DNA of 59,660 bases from Candidatus Pacebacteria bacterium CG_4_10_14_0_8_um_filter_42_14 (GTDB lineage: Bacteria > Patescibacteriota > Microgenomatia > UBA1400 > PJMF01). Positions 39,135 to 48,944 of this stretch are shown here, piece after piece; position 1 is the stretch's first letter, and each line of letters starts with the position of its first letter. The notes under the pieces are model-generated. The model had not been told where the DNA came from. It was given only the letters and a program-made list of their open reading frames with translations, and did not search any database. Location of the stretch: NCBI GenBank assembly GCA_002784625.1, contig PFLP01000027.1:1-59660 (forward strand), read 5' to 3'. The translations under genes were made by a program, and so were the position numbers.

Positions 39135-39365
39135 ATGGCAAAAAAATCTAAAATAGCAAAATCAAACAAAATTCTCGCCAAGCGCAAGGCATTAATAATG
39201 TCAGGAGTGACGAAACCAAACAGAGTCTCGACTCGAGGGGTGAATCGATGTAAAATAACCGGCCGACCAAGAGGTTACATGAGATACTTTGGAGTCAGCA
39301 GATTGACATTTCGTGAATTATTTAATCAAGGAAAGTTGCCTGGTGTTGTAAAGGCAAGTAAGTAG
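39135..39365 (+). CDS. rpsN: 30S ribosomal protein S14 (76 aa, intermediate length, no CxxC zinc motif)
   Basis: [35 protein letters not shown]. Only one Cys. Ends KASK rather than the usual KASW. Confidence 0.9.
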   Translation: MAKKSKIAKSNKILAKRKALIMSGVTKPNRVSTRGVNRCKITGRPRGYMRYFGVSRLTFRELFNQGKLPGVVKASK

Positions 39366-39369
39366 AAAT

Positions 39370-39759
39370 ATGACCGATCCTATAGCAGATCTACTAATCA
39401 GAATAAAAAATGCTCTTTGGGCTCGACATACTGAGCTTGAGGTGCCTTATTCTAGACTGAAACATTCATTGGCAGACATTCTCGTGGCCGAAGGTTATCT
39501 CGAGAAAGTCAGTATCGACAAAACTGGGCAGTTTCCAGTTCTTCACCTTGTTTTGAAGTACATTGGTAGAATTCCAGCTGTGAATGACGTTAAACGCCTT
39601 TCTAAACCAGGTCGTCGTGTTTATGCACCAGCTAATAAAATTCCCCAGTCACTCGGTGGCTATGGCATCACAATATTATCTACAAATCAAGGATTGCTAA
39701 CACAAAGAGAGGCTCGCAAGCGAAATGTCGGCGGCGAACTTCTTTGTCAGGTCTGGTAA
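39370..39759 (+). CDS. rpsH: 30S ribosomal protein S8
   Basis: MTDPIADLLIRIKNA and the GGELLCQVW C-terminus. Confidence 0.95.
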   Translation: MTDPIADLLIRIKNALWARHTELEVPYSRLKHSLADILVAEGYLEKVSIDKTGQFPVLHLVLKYIGRIPAVNDVKRLSKPGRRVYAPANKIPQSLGGYGITILSTNQGLLTQREARKRNVGGELLCQVW

Positions 39760-39761
39760 AT

Positions 39762-40301
39762 ATGTCAAGAATCGGAAAAAAACCAATCATCATTCCAGCT
39801 GGAGTATCAATCACAGAAGTGAAGGGTGCAGTTGAAGTCAAAGGTCCAAAGGGCATGGTTTCTGTTCCTAACGTCCAGTACATTAAATTGAATATTACAG
39901 CCGCAGAGATTGTAGTCGAGAGAACAAATGATCAAAAGCAGGCTCGCGCCAATCATGGACTTATCAGAAGTTTGTTGCAGAATGCTGTAGTTGGTGTCAC
40001 CGAAGGTTTTGTTAAAACTCTTAAATTAGTCGGCACAGGTTATCGTGTTCAGGCAAAAGGCCAGGGAATTTCACTTGCCGTTGGTTTTTCACACACAGTT
40101 GAAGTCCCAGCTAAAGATGGCTTGTCATTCAGCGTTCAGGGGAATGACACCATCGTTATAACTGGGGTTGATAAACAGCGTGTCGGCCAGATTGCTGCTG
40201 AGATCAGAAGCATCCGCCCACCAGAGCCATACAAGGGCAAGGGCGTTCGATATCAAGACGAAGTAGTAAGAAGAAAGCAAGGAAAAACTGCATCAGCGTA
40301 G
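39762..40301 (+). CDS. rplF: 50S ribosomal protein L6
   Basis: MSRIGKKPIIIPAGV and PEPYKGKGVRY. The tracked start at 39744 overlaps rpsH. The ATG at 39762 fits the family. Confidence 0.95.
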   Translation: MSRIGKKPIIIPAGVSITEVKGAVEVKGPKGMVSVPNVQYIKLNITAAEIVVERTNDQKQARANHGLIRSLLQNAVVGVTEGFVKTLKLVGTGYRVQAKGQGISLAVGFSHTVEVPAKDGLSFSVQGNDTIVITGVDKQRVGQIAAEIRSIRPPEPYKGKGVRYQDEVVRRKQGKTASA

Positions 40302-40313
40302 TTTTTACATCTA

Positions 40314-40670
40314 ATGGCTAAATCATTTCACCACCTTACTACTGCTCAACTACGACAAAACCGCGTTCGTGCTAATATGCATGGTACGGCCGAGCGTCCA
40401 AGACTTAGTGTTTCTCGATCTAATAAACATCTGTCAGTACAGGCCATCGATGATGACGCTGGAGTGACGATTGTTGGCATGAGTGACAAACAACTTGCCA
40501 AGAAAAAGACTACAAAAACCGAAGCTGGTAAACTACTTGCATTAGCATTAGGAAAAGCTTTGATTGAGAAGAAGATTAAAAAAGCATCCTTTGACAGAGG
40601 TAAAAATGCATATCTTGGTAGAATACGTTCATTCGCTGAGTCAGTAAGAGAAGCAGGAATTAAAGTTTAA
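40314..40670 (+). CDS. rplR: 50S ribosomal protein L18
   Basis: RPRLSVSRSNKHLSVQAIDD and FDRGKNAYLGRIRSFAESVREAG. Confidence 0.93.
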   Translation: MAKSFHHLTTAQLRQNRVRANMHGTAERPRLSVSRSNKHLSVQAIDDDAGVTIVGMSDKQLAKKKTTKTEAGKLLALALGKALIEKKIKKASFDRGKNAYLGRIRSFAESVREAGIKV

Positions 40671-40672
40671 TT

Positions 40673-41386
40673 ATGGCATACGAGCAAACACCACCATCAG
40701 AATTTGAAGAGAAGGTCATCCAAATCTCGCGCGTCTCCAAAAAGACGAAGGGCGGAAACAAAGTTGGTTTCTCAGTTCTTATGGTCGTTGGCGATAAAAA
40801 AGGCAAAGTTGGAGTTGGTCTTGGTAAAGCGCCAGATGTTCAGTCAGCTATGAAAAAAGGTGCAAAAAAAGCCAAGAAACGCATGATCGTCGTTCCAATT
40901 GACGGTACAACTATTCCCTTTAAATTTACCATTAAGCTTGGAGCCGGTAGGGTTATGCTCAAACCAGCCCCTAAGGGTTCTGGAGTTATTGCTGGTGGCC
41001 CAGTTCGCGCCGTGGTTGAGGCAGCAGGCATCAGAGATATTTCCAGTAAAATTCTCGGTACACAGAATCAAGCTTCAAATGTGTACGCCACATTCGCAGC
41101 CTTACAAGAAATTTCTCGTATCGTCACTCTAAAGGGTATATCCCTAAAATCTATTGCTCAGGTTGAGGCAGAAGAAGATGCAAAACTTTTAGAGGAGCAA
41201 AAGAGATTAAAGTCTGTGGCCGCTAAAGATCCAGTTGCAACTAAAAAAGTAGTTACCAAGCCAAAAAGCAAGGAAGAGCCAAAAGTTACAGCCAAACCAA
41301 AAGTTGCTCCAAAGCCTAAAACCACACCGAAAACCGCAAAAATAAAAGCTAAAAAACCAGCGGCTAAAAAGAATATAAAGAAATAA
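40673..41386 (+). CDS. rpsE: 30S ribosomal protein S5 (about 75-aa Lys/Pro-rich C-terminal tail)
   Basis: [30 protein letters not shown], and [19 protein letters not shown]. Confidence 0.93.
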   Translation: MAYEQTPPSEFEEKVIQISRVSKKTKGGNKVGFSVLMVVGDKKGKVGVGLGKAPDVQSAMKKGAKKAKKRMIVVPIDGTTIPFKFTIKLGAGRVMLKPAPKGSGVIAGGPVRAVVEAAGIRDISSKILGTQNQASNVYATFAALQEISRIVTLKGISLKSIAQVEAEEDAKLLEEQKRLKSVAAKDPVATKKVVTKPKSKEEPKVTAKPKVAPKPKTTPKTAKIKAKKPAAKKNIKK

Positions 41387-41391
41387 CCAAA

Positions 41392-41841
41392 ATGTCATTA
41401 GTCTCGAAATTATTCCCAATTATCACCCGCCGCAAAAAACGACTTGGTCGCGGTTATGGTTCCGGAAAAGGTGGTCATACATCTGGTCGCGGTACTAAAG
41501 GACAGAAATCTCGAAGCGGCAGTAAAGTTCCTCTTTGGTTCGAAGGTGGTCAATTAGCCTTAATCAAGCGTATGCCAATGCTTCGTGGAAAAAGTCGACT
41601 GAAATCATTCGATCGAATTGCTATGATTACCCTCACTGATCTGAATCGCATGAAGGCTACGGATATCTCTTTTGAAACTCTAAAGCTTGAGGGCGTTGTT
41701 AGTCGTGCTGCCCGATCAGCAAAAGTTGTAAACACTGGTAAGCTTGAGAGAAAAATAACTTTAACAGGTATTAAAACTACAGCGTCTGCCCGACAGCAGG
41801 TTGAGGCGGCTGGGGGAAGCGTGGTTACTTCCACAGAGTAA
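41392..41841 (+). CDS. rplO: 50S ribosomal protein L15
   Basis: [27 protein letters not shown]. Follows rpsE directly, with no L30 gene. Confidence 0.93.
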   Translation: MSLVSKLFPIITRRKKRLGRGYGSGKGGHTSGRGTKGQKSRSGSKVPLWFEGGQLALIKRMPMLRGKSRLKSFDRIAMITLTDLNRMKATDISFETLKLEGVVSRAARSAKVVNTGKLERKITLTGIKTTASARQQVEAAGGSVVTSTE

Positions 41842-41853
41842 TCACTACTACTC

Positions 41854-43137
41854 GTGCAAAAATTTACCACATTTCTCAAACGCCTCGCTAATACTCCAGA
41901 ACTCCGTAATAAAATTCTTTTTACAGCCCTAATCTTTTTAGTTTTCAGAATCATGGCTCACATTCCGTTGCCGGCTGTCGATATTGATCGTCTACAACAA
42001 TTATTCAGTTCTAGTCAATTTCTTAGCCTCTTAAACGTATTTTCTGGCGGTACTCTGGCTAATTTTTCTGTAGTTGCCGTGGGTATCAATCCATACATTA
42101 CCGCCTCGATTGTGATGCAACTTGGTGGCATGGTTATTCCAAAACTTAAAGAAATGCAAAAAGATGGTGAGTCTGGTCGAGAAAAAGTTAATCAATATAC
42201 TCGACTTCTTTCTGTGCCATTAGGAATAGTCCAGAGCATCTCCGTACTAGCCCTGCTTCGTTCCCAAAATCTACTAACGTCCTCAGATCCTTTGGTTCTT
42301 GGTGTGGTCATCTTGTCTCTCGTAGCTGGAGCCCTCATCGTGATGTGGATCGGGGAATTAATTTCACTTTACGGGATTGGTAACGGAATTTCTATGATTC
42401 TTTTTGCTGGCATTGTTAGTCAATTGCCCACTGCTGCCGCTCAGGTTTGGTCACTTACCTCAGCAGATCAGCTCATGACAACATTCGTCTTTTTAAGTCT
42501 TTTCTTGGCGGTAATTGGTTTTATCGTTTTTATGACGGAAGCTATCCGCAAAATTCCAATTCAGTACGCCAAGCGTACTAAGGGAAGTAGGGTCTACGGA
42601 GGTCAAACAACCCATTTACCGGTTAGAGTTAACGTCGCTGGTGTCTTACCAATTATTTTTGCAGTTTCCCTAATGTTGGTGCCTTCTTTCATTGCTAGAA
42701 TTCTAATAGCTACCGATAAAGCCAACCTAATTTCTATTGGTCAGCAGCTTACTATTTGGTTTAATCAAACCTCTGTTGTCTACATCACCATTTATTTTCT
42801 TGTTGTCTTGGTTTTCACTTATTTCTCAGCCTTGATTTTCTTTAATGCCGAAGATATCTCTGGAGAACTAAAGAAAGGTGGAGCCTTCATTCCTGGTATC
42901 AGGCCGGGCTCTCCAACTAAGAAGTATCTCGAGTTTGTAGTGACAAGAATCACCGTTGCCGGAGCACTTTTTCTTGGATGCATTGCCATCCTCCCATCCA
43001 TTGCTCAGATGTTAACGAATATCCAATCTTTGGCTATCGGAGGAACCGGAGTCCTAATTGTTGTTTCAGTTATTTTAGAGACAACAAAGCAAGCAGAGAG
43101 TATGCTCGTAGAACAGAATTACGATAGGTATATTTAA
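41854..43137 (+). CDS. secY: Preprotein translocase subunit SecY
   Basis: GTG start. [39 protein letters not shown], and 10 TM segments. Confidence 0.93.
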   Translation: MQKFTTFLKRLANTPELRNKILFTALIFLVFRIMAHIPLPAVDIDRLQQLFSSSQFLSLLNVFSGGTLANFSVVAVGINPYITASIVMQLGGMVIPKLKEMQKDGESGREKVNQYTRLLSVPLGIVQSISVLALLRSQNLLTSSDPLVLGVVILSLVAGALIVMWIGELISLYGIGNGISMILFAGIVSQLPTAAAQVWSLTSADQLMTTFVFLSLFLAVIGFIVFMTEAIRKIPIQYAKRTKGSRVYGGQTTHLPVRVNVAGVLPIIFAVSLMLVPSFIARILIATDKANLISIGQQLTIWFNQTSVVYITIYFLVVLVFTYFSALIFFNAEDISGELKKGGAFIPGIRPGSPTKKYLEFVVTRITVAGALFLGCIAILPSIAQMLTNIQSLAIGGTGVLIVVSVILETTKQAESMLVEQNYDRYI

Positions 43138-43170
43138 TTGGCTATTGAAGTAGCAATGAAAGACCGCACT

Positions 43171-43704
43171 ATGCACATAGTTCTAATCGGTATTCAGGGT
43201 GCTGGCAAATCAACTCAGGGTACAATGCTTTCTGAGAAGTATAATATTCCATACCTCTCATCGGGGCATATTTTTCGTGAGATGGCGAAGGAAAAAACCA
43301 AACTTGGCCGCTGGTTGAAAGAGACAATGAATTCTGGAGCTTTGATTCCAGATACCACAACTTTAGAAATTGTTTTGACCTACATAGAAAAACCAGAGTA
43401 CGCCAATGGCTATATTCTTGATGGTTTTCCCAGAACTGTGGCTCAGGCAAAAGCTTTCAATGGCAGTATTGAGCACGTTATTTATCTCAACGTCTCTGAT
43501 AAAGAAGCCTTATGGAGAATATCTGGTAGAACAGATGTTAGAGAAGATGAAACCTTGGCCGCACTTCGCAAAAGAATTTCTCTCTTTCACTCTGTGACGA
43601 CACCAGTTCTTGACTACTACAAAGACAGAGGCGTACTTCATGAAGTCGACGGTGAAGTTTCTGTTGAAGAGGTCTTTGCCCAAATAACTGCCGTCCTTAA
43701 GTAG
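43171..43704 (+). CDS. adk: Adenylate kinase, short-LID type (no zinc-finger lid)
   Basis: MHIVLIGIQGAGKSTQG, ILDGFPRTVAQA, and a LID reduced to ISGRTDVREDE. Alternative upstream starts exist at 43138 (TTG) and 43156 (ATG). Confidence 0.88.
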   Translation: MHIVLIGIQGAGKSTQGTMLSEKYNIPYLSSGHIFREMAKEKTKLGRWLKETMNSGALIPDTTTLEIVLTYIEKPEYANGYILDGFPRTVAQAKAFNGSIEHVIYLNVSDKEALWRISGRTDVREDETLAALRKRISLFHSVTTPVLDYYKDRGVLHEVDGEVSVEEVFAQITAVLK

Positions 43705-43716
43705 TTTAAGTTTAAT

Positions 43717-44469
43717 ATGGACCAACACGATCAAAAAAGAATTGTAGCTATGCGCGCTGGTGGTGCGAAGCTAGCTTTGATTCGCGAAGAACTAGTTTCC
43801 AGATCAAAGATTGGCGTTTCATTTGCTCAAATAGAAGATTGGGCTCAGAGCCTAATTGCTGAGAGTAAAGCCTTGCCAAGTTTTTCAACTGTCTCGGGCT
43901 ATGGCTGGGCCACTTGCATCATGAAAAATAATGAGCTCTGCCATGGGATTCCCACAAAGGAAAAAGTCATCGTTGATGGTGATTTGATCACAATTGATAT
44001 TGGCTTGATTAATGATGGTTTTCATCTTGACACCACTACGAGTTTTGCTGTTGGCAAGGTTCATCCAAATGTTAGCGAATTTTTGGCGGTAGGTAAGAAG
44101 AGCCTGAGAGCGGCGATCGAGCGCATCAAAACAGGAGTTAGTGTTTATGAAGTCAGCAGGGCTATGGAGAAGGTTTTGGATAAGCATGGCTTCGGAGCTG
44201 TCACCCAACTTACTGGTCACGGCGTTGGTAAAGAGCTCCACATGGAGCCCAGCATTCCTGTTTCACCTCAGAAAAGTGACAAGCGCGTTTTCCTACGCTC
44301 AGGTCAAACCATCGCCGTTGAAGTTATGTATACAGCGGGAGATCCACTATTAGTTGTGGCCGATGATGAGTGGACATACGAAACAGCTGACAACTCACTT
44401 TCCGGTATGTTTGAAGAAACTGTCTTGGTAACTGACAATGGTCCAGAGGTGCTGACAAAAGTCCCATAA
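43717..44469 (+). CDS. map: Type I methionine aminopeptidase
   Basis: Metal-ligand context CHGIP, DGDLITIDIG, TGHGVG, and EETVLVT. Confidence 0.9.
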   Translation: MDQHDQKRIVAMRAGGAKLALIREELVSRSKIGVSFAQIEDWAQSLIAESKALPSFSTVSGYGWATCIMKNNELCHGIPTKEKVIVDGDLITIDIGLINDGFHLDTTTSFAVGKVHPNVSEFLAVGKKSLRAAIERIKTGVSVYEVSRAMEKVLDKHGFGAVTQLTGHGVGKELHMEPSIPVSPQKSDKRVFLRSGQTIAVEVMYTAGDPLLVVADDEWTYETADNSLSGMFEETVLVTDNGPEVLTKVP

Positions 44470-44520
44470 TTTGTTACAATGATCGTCTGCATTAAGCCTG
44501 GAGGTTGCGCAGAAAAATTT

Positions 44521-44850
44521 ATGGGAAAAGTACAAGATCACAAGCAAGCTGAAAAAGCTCGACGTCAAGTTGACACGACAACCAATCGTTCAGCTGCCGT
44601 TGATCGTTTTGAGGTAGTTGGCTACGTTGAACAATGCTTGCCCAATACCATGTTCAGAGTCAAGGTCACAGAGTCTCCAGTCACCCAAATGGTTGGTCAC
44701 TCTCTGCTTGGAACTCTAGTTGGAAAGATGAGATTATTCAGAATTCGAGTTATGCCAGGAGATTTAATCAAGGGATATGTATCTAAATATGACCTCAATA
44801 AGTGTAAAATCACTTATAGATCAACCAAAAAAGAGATGCAGTCAATTTAA
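44521..44850 (+). CDS. infA: Translation initiation factor IF-1 with N-terminal extension and internal insertion
   Basis: LPNTMFRV, GKMRLFRIRVMPGD, and YDLNKCKITYR. 109 aa from the ATG at 44521. The tracked ORF begins at 44479. Confidence 0.85.
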   Translation: MGKVQDHKQAEKARRQVDTTTNRSAAVDRFEVVGYVEQCLPNTMFRVKVTESPVTQMVGHSLLGTLVGKMRLFRIRVMPGDLIKGYVSKYDLNKCKITYRSTKKEMQSI

Positions 44851-44902
44851 GCCTTTTCAAAATTAGCTACACCTGGTATAGTTCAGGGCTCTTGAGACAA
44901 AC

Positions 44903-45016
44903 ATGAAAGTACGTACATCACTAAAAAAAATCTGCATTAATTGCAAGTTTGTACGCCGAAAAGGCGTACTGCGTGTAACATGCACGAATCCAAAGCATAA
45001 GCAAAGGCAGGGTTAA
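44903..45016 (+). CDS. rpmJ: 50S ribosomal protein L36
   Basis: Absent from the ORF track because it is too short. Translation is [37 protein letters not shown], with the CxxC...CxxxH zinc ribbon. Confidence 0.93.
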   Translation: MKVRTSLKKICINCKFVRRKGVLRVTCTNPKHKQRQG

Positions 45017-45018
45017 TT

Positions 45019-45420
45019 ATGATCAGAATTGTTGGCGTTGATCTACCAGAAAACAAGAAGATTTTATTTGCATTGCAGAGTATCTATGGCATAGGTCCTA
45101 AGCGTGCAGAAATTGTTTTGGGAGAAGCGAATGTAGATCCACACAAAAGAACACGCGATCTTTCTGCTGATGAAGTTAATCGAATTCAGAGAAGCATTGA
45201 TAGATATCAGGTAGAAGGAAATCTTAGAAGAGAAATCAATGACAACATTGACAGACTTAAGCGCACCGGTTCCTACCGAGGCAAGCGTCTGGCCGCTCAT
45301 CTGCCAGCACGTGGACAAAGAACTCGCACAAATTCACGAAGTGCTCGCGGAGGTGGTCGTAGACGCACTGTCGGCTCAATGACAAAAGAGATGGCAGCTA
45401 AACTTGAAACTTCGAAATAA
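45019..45420 (+). CDS. rpsM: 30S ribosomal protein S13
   Basis: MIRIVGVDLPENKK and YRGKRLAAHLPARGQRTRTN. Confidence 0.95.
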   Translation: MIRIVGVDLPENKKILFALQSIYGIGPKRAEIVLGEANVDPHKRTRDLSADEVNRIQRSIDRYQVEGNLRREINDNIDRLKRTGSYRGKRLAAHLPARGQRTRTNSRSARGGGRRRTVGSMTKEMAAKLETSK

Positions 45421-45423
45421 TTT

Positions 45424-45822
45424 ATGGCAACAAAAGACACAAAAAAATCAGCGCCAGTAAAAGTGAATAAGGTTGTACCTAAGGGTAGACTTTATATCAC
45501 TGCTACCTTCAATAGTACTCTTGCGAGTATTACTGATGAGCAAGGCAATGTTTTATGTTGGTCTTCAGCTGGTGAGTCAGGTTTTTCTGGTTCAAGAAAA
45601 TCAACGCCATATGCGGCTACGATTACTGTTGAGAATGCTGTAAATAAAGCAAAAGCTTTCGGTATGCAACACATGGATTTATACATCAAAGGACCAGGCC
45701 CAGGTCGAGATGTAGCTTTAAGAGTTCTTCGAGCTCAAGGCATTAAAATTAGTCTCATTGCTGATCTCACTCCAGATCCACACAACGGTACACGCCCAAG
45801 GAAAGCAAAACACAATAAATAG
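45424..45822 (+). CDS. rpsK: 30S ribosomal protein S11
   Basis: ITATFNSTLASITDEQGN, GSRKSTPYAA, and DLTPDPHNGTRPRK. Confidence 0.95.
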   Translation: MATKDTKKSAPVKVNKVVPKGRLYITATFNSTLASITDEQGNVLCWSSAGESGFSGSRKSTPYAATITVENAVNKAKAFGMQHMDLYIKGPGPGRDVALRVLRAQGIKISLIADLTPDPHNGTRPRKAKHNK

Positions 45823-45835
45823 ATAAGAAATTTTT

Positions 45836-46441
45836 ATGTCAAGATATACAGGACCAAGAAATAAACGTGCGCGACAAGTCGGAGAAGATCTTTCTCTGAA
45901 GACTAACGCCTTGAAAACAGCTCGTCGACTTATGGTTAGACCAGGTCAGCATGGCTTGAAGCACCGTCGAAAGCTTTCAGATTTCGGTACCCAACTTCAA
46001 GAAAAACAAAAGCTGAAGTACTTCTATGGCATCACTGAGAAACAATTGAGAAGAATCTACAAAGAGGCTAGTAAGAGTACTTTGGCCACTGGTTCAACTC
46101 TTCTCTCACTCCTTGAAAGAAGACTCGACAACACAATTTTCAGATTGGGTTGGGCTCCTACCAGAGCAGCAGCTCGCCAGTTAGTTTCGCATAACCATGT
46201 TCAGATCAATGGCTGTAAACAGAATGTTCCATCTTACCAGGTTAAGGTTTCTGACATTGTTATGTTAAAGACATCAGCTACGAACATTCCAGCCATCAAG
46301 ACGAGTATGGAAGAAGAGAAAGTTTTGCCAGAGTGGTTAGAGCGCAAACAAGGAGCCGCTAAAGTTCTTCGTGTTCCAGCTCGTTCCGACATTCTCGAAC
46401 CAATGACAGAACAACTAGTAGTGGAGTATTACAGTAGATAA
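45836..46441 (+). CDS. rpsD: 30S ribosomal protein S4
   Basis: MSRYTGPRNKRARQVGEDL and the S4 domain LERRLDNTIFRLGWAPTRAAARQLVSHNHV. Confidence 0.95.
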   Translation: MSRYTGPRNKRARQVGEDLSLKTNALKTARRLMVRPGQHGLKHRRKLSDFGTQLQEKQKLKYFYGITEKQLRRIYKEASKSTLATGSTLLSLLERRLDNTIFRLGWAPTRAAARQLVSHNHVQINGCKQNVPSYQVKVSDIVMLKTSATNIPAIKTSMEEEKVLPEWLERKQGAAKVLRVPARSDILEPMTEQLVVEYYSR

Positions 46442-46509
46442 TTTAAAGTATTAACCCAGAAACAGATTCTCTCGAAAGAGAGGAGAAGAAACAAAAGGAA
46501 AAAAAGTAT

Positions 46510-47454
46510 ATGACACAAGACATCACGCACTATCCAAGCATGAATCCAACCTTTGAGGTAACTGAAGTGGTTGAAGACAGCATCAAAGCTGTCATCACCC
46601 TCGAGCCCTTAGAGCAAGGATACGGTCACACTATTGGTAATGCCCTTCGCCGAGTCTTGCTATCTTCTTTGGAAGGTGCAGCGATAACCCGAATGAGAAT
46701 CAACAACGTTGATCATCAGTTCAGCGCCATAGATGGTGTTACTGAAGATGCTTTAGAAATTGGTTTGAACCTGAAGCAAGTTCGAGTTCGTTCCGACATC
46801 AATGGCACAGGTATTCTCAACCTTTCCGTTAAAGGTCCAAAGGTAGTTACTGCAGCTGATATTGAATGTTCAACAGGCTTTTCTATTATTAACCCAACTC
46901 AGCACATCGCAACTTTGGCAAAAGGTAGCAACCTCGAAATCGAAATGACTGCGGCCACTGGAGTCGGCTATCAATTGGCCGATGATAAGCAAGCGGCCAG
47001 CATTGGTGATGTAATGCTTGATGCTTTGTTTTCACCTGTCGTCCAGGTTTCATATAAAGTTGAGTCGACTCGCGTTGGTCGCCGAACAGATTTTGATAAA
47101 CTCGTTCTTGTTGTCCAGACTGATGGTTCTATTGCTCCAATTGAAGCAACCCGAAGAGCTGCAAGAATATTATTTCGACAGTTTACCCAAGTTTACAACC
47201 CGGTTTTACCTGAGGAAAAAGAACCTGAGGAGTCATTAAGTCCAGAAGAAGCAGAAGTACTGCGACTGACTGTTGAAGAGTTAGATCTTCCAACTCGCAT
47301 AGCTAATGCTCTCCGCAAAGGTGGCTTCGCCACAGTAGGAGACCTCTCCGGTGTTCCTAAAAACACCATCGCAAAGGTTAAAAATCTTGGCGAAAAGAGT
47401 GTGGTAGTTGTTGAAGATGCATTAAATAAAAAAGGAGCTCACTTAGGCGAGTAA
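46510..47454 (+). CDS. rpoA: DNA-directed RNA polymerase subunit alpha
   Basis: GYGHTIGNALRRVLLSSLEG. C-terminal domain LDLPTRIANALRKGGFATVGDL. Confidence 0.95.
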   Translation: MTQDITHYPSMNPTFEVTEVVEDSIKAVITLEPLEQGYGHTIGNALRRVLLSSLEGAAITRMRINNVDHQFSAIDGVTEDALEIGLNLKQVRVRSDINGTGILNLSVKGPKVVTAADIECSTGFSIINPTQHIATLAKGSNLEIEMTAATGVGYQLADDKQAASIGDVMLDALFSPVVQVSYKVESTRVGRRTDFDKLVLVVQTDGSIAPIEATRRAARILFRQFTQVYNPVLPEEKEPEESLSPEEAEVLRLTVEELDLPTRIANALRKGGFATVGDLSGVPKNTIAKVKNLGEKSVVVVEDALNKKGAHLGE

Positions 47455-47476
47455 TTGCTTGACTGACAAATAAGAT

Positions 47477-48004
47477 ATGAGGCATAGAGTAGCAAAACGC
47501 AAGTTTAACCGTGACACCAAGGCCCGCAAGGCATTGATGACTGGTTTATTGCGCCAACTAGTACTACACGGAGCAGTTGTCACCACTCAAGCTAAATCAA
47601 AAGAGCTGAAACGACAAGCTGATAAGATCATTGCTCGAGCAAAAGAAGATACAATTGCCGTACGCAGATTGCTTCACCGAACTTTTGGTAAGCGAGATGT
47701 TGTTAACTCTCTTGTTGAAAGAATAGCTCCACAATTTAGTGATCGAAAATCTGGTTTCACTACCAACCGATCATTGGGTAAGCGCCGAGGAGATAACGTT
47801 GAGTTAGTCAAGATTTCGCTTTTGACCATGCCTGACAGAGTGGGAACTTTAAAGTCAGATAAGACTCACGAGCCAGTTGTGAAAAAAGCTAAGCCAGCTG
47901 CAAAACCAGCTAAGACAACTGAAGCAAAAACTGAGAAACCAGTCACAAAGAAAAAAGCCGCTCCTAAGAAAGTAACTAAGAAAGCTCCAGCGAAGAAAAA
48001 ATAA
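47477..48004 (+). CDS. rplQ: 50S ribosomal protein L17 (Lys/Ala/Pro-rich C-terminal tail)
   Basis: MRHRVAKRKFNRDTKARKAL. Confidence 0.93.
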   Translation: MRHRVAKRKFNRDTKARKALMTGLLRQLVLHGAVVTTQAKSKELKRQADKIIARAKEDTIAVRRLLHRTFGKRDVVNSLVERIAPQFSDRKSGFTTNRSLGKRRGDNVELVKISLLTMPDRVGTLKSDKTHEPVVKKAKPAAKPAKTTEAKTEKPVTKKKAAPKKVTKKAPAKKK

Positions 48005-48432
48005 TGCAAAAAACATTCATTCTAAAACCAGCAGACGTAGAGAGAAAATGGCACATTATTGATGTTTCTGGAAAGGTTCTTGGTAGAGCTGCAACAGAAA
48101 TTGCTCAACTTCTAATTGGCAAGGCTAAAAAAGAATTCACCCCTCACGTTGATAATGGAGACTGCGTCGTCGTTATTAATGCTTCTAAAGTCGAAGTCAC
48201 TGGCACGAAAATTAAAACAAAAATGTACTATCGCCACTCGAATTTTCCTGGCGGACTTAAAACAACCGATTTTGGTAAATTACTTGCAAAAAAACCTGAG
48301 CAGGTGATAGAGTTAGCTGTTCTGAACATGTTACCAAAAAATAAACATCGTTCGGACAGAATGACTAGATTAAAAGTGTATCCAGGAGCCGATCATAAGC
48401 ATCAGAGCCAACTCGGAGTGAAGGAAGCATAA
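48004..48432 (+). CDS. rplM: 50S ribosomal protein L13
   Basis: KWHIIDVSGKVLGRAATEIA and YYRHSNFPGGLK. Confidence 0.95.
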   Translation: MQKTFILKPADVERKWHIIDVSGKVLGRAATEIAQLLIGKAKKEFTPHVDNGDCVVVINASKVEVTGTKIKTKMYYRHSNFPGGLKTTDFGKLLAKKPEQVIELAVLNMLPKNKHRSDRMTRLKVYPGADHKHQSQLGVKEA

Positions 48433-48434
48433 CC

Positions 48435-48944
48435 ATGGCATTACGACTCTCAAAGAAAAAAGGACAAGCCCAAAAAGTGGTTAAGAAGATTCAACCAATT
48501 AAGAAAGCTAGGGCCGCTGCGGCATCTCTTCCCGAGCTTGATTTACCAACTGGGACATACATTGAAGGAATTGGTCGACGCAAGGTTGCCACTGCTAGAG
48601 TTCGAATTTATGAAGGAGCAACAGGTTTCTTCGTAAATGGTAAACTAGCCGAGGTCTATTTTGCCAATATCAATAACGCAGTAAAGTTATTTCATGAAGC
48701 GTTCGAGTTAACAGGAACAAAAGGTAAATTCGCCGTTTCGGCAAAAGCCTCTGGTTCTGGCGTTGCTGCTCAGCTTGACGCAGTTGTCTTAGGTTTATCT
48801 AGAGCACTAGTTAAGTTTAATCCTGAAAATCGCACTATCCTCAAAGCAGAGGGCATGTTGGTGCGCGATGACAGAATGAAAGAAACCAGAAAAATTGGTA
48901 TGGGTGGTAAAGCCCGACGTAAACGACAATCTCCAAGACGTTAG
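48435..48944 (+). CDS. rpsI: 30S ribosomal protein S9 (about 40-aa basic N-terminal extension)
   Basis: GIGRRKVATARVRI and the C-terminal GGKARRKRQSPRR. Confidence 0.93.
   Translation: MALRLSKKKGQAQKVVKKIQPIKKARAAAASLPELDLPTGTYIEGIGRRKVATARVRIYEGATGFFVNGKLAEVYFANINNAVKLFHEAFELTGTKGKFAVSAKASGSGVAAQLDAVVLGLSRALVKFNPENRTILKAEGMLVRDDRMKETRKIGMGGKARRKRQSPRR

Noticed and set aside
43138-43704. Short-LID adenylate kinase as a novelty.
   Set aside because: Short-type bacterial adenylate kinases without the zinc lid are already known, for example in mycobacteria. It is recorded only as a feature note.
46467-46484. Small hairpin with a GAAA tetraloop (TTCTCTC-GAAA-GAGAGGA) upstream of rpoA.
   Set aside because: The stem has only about 6-7 bp including a wobble, and it overlaps the purine-rich Shine-Dalgarno region. 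It is too weak to call as a regulatory element without conservation data.
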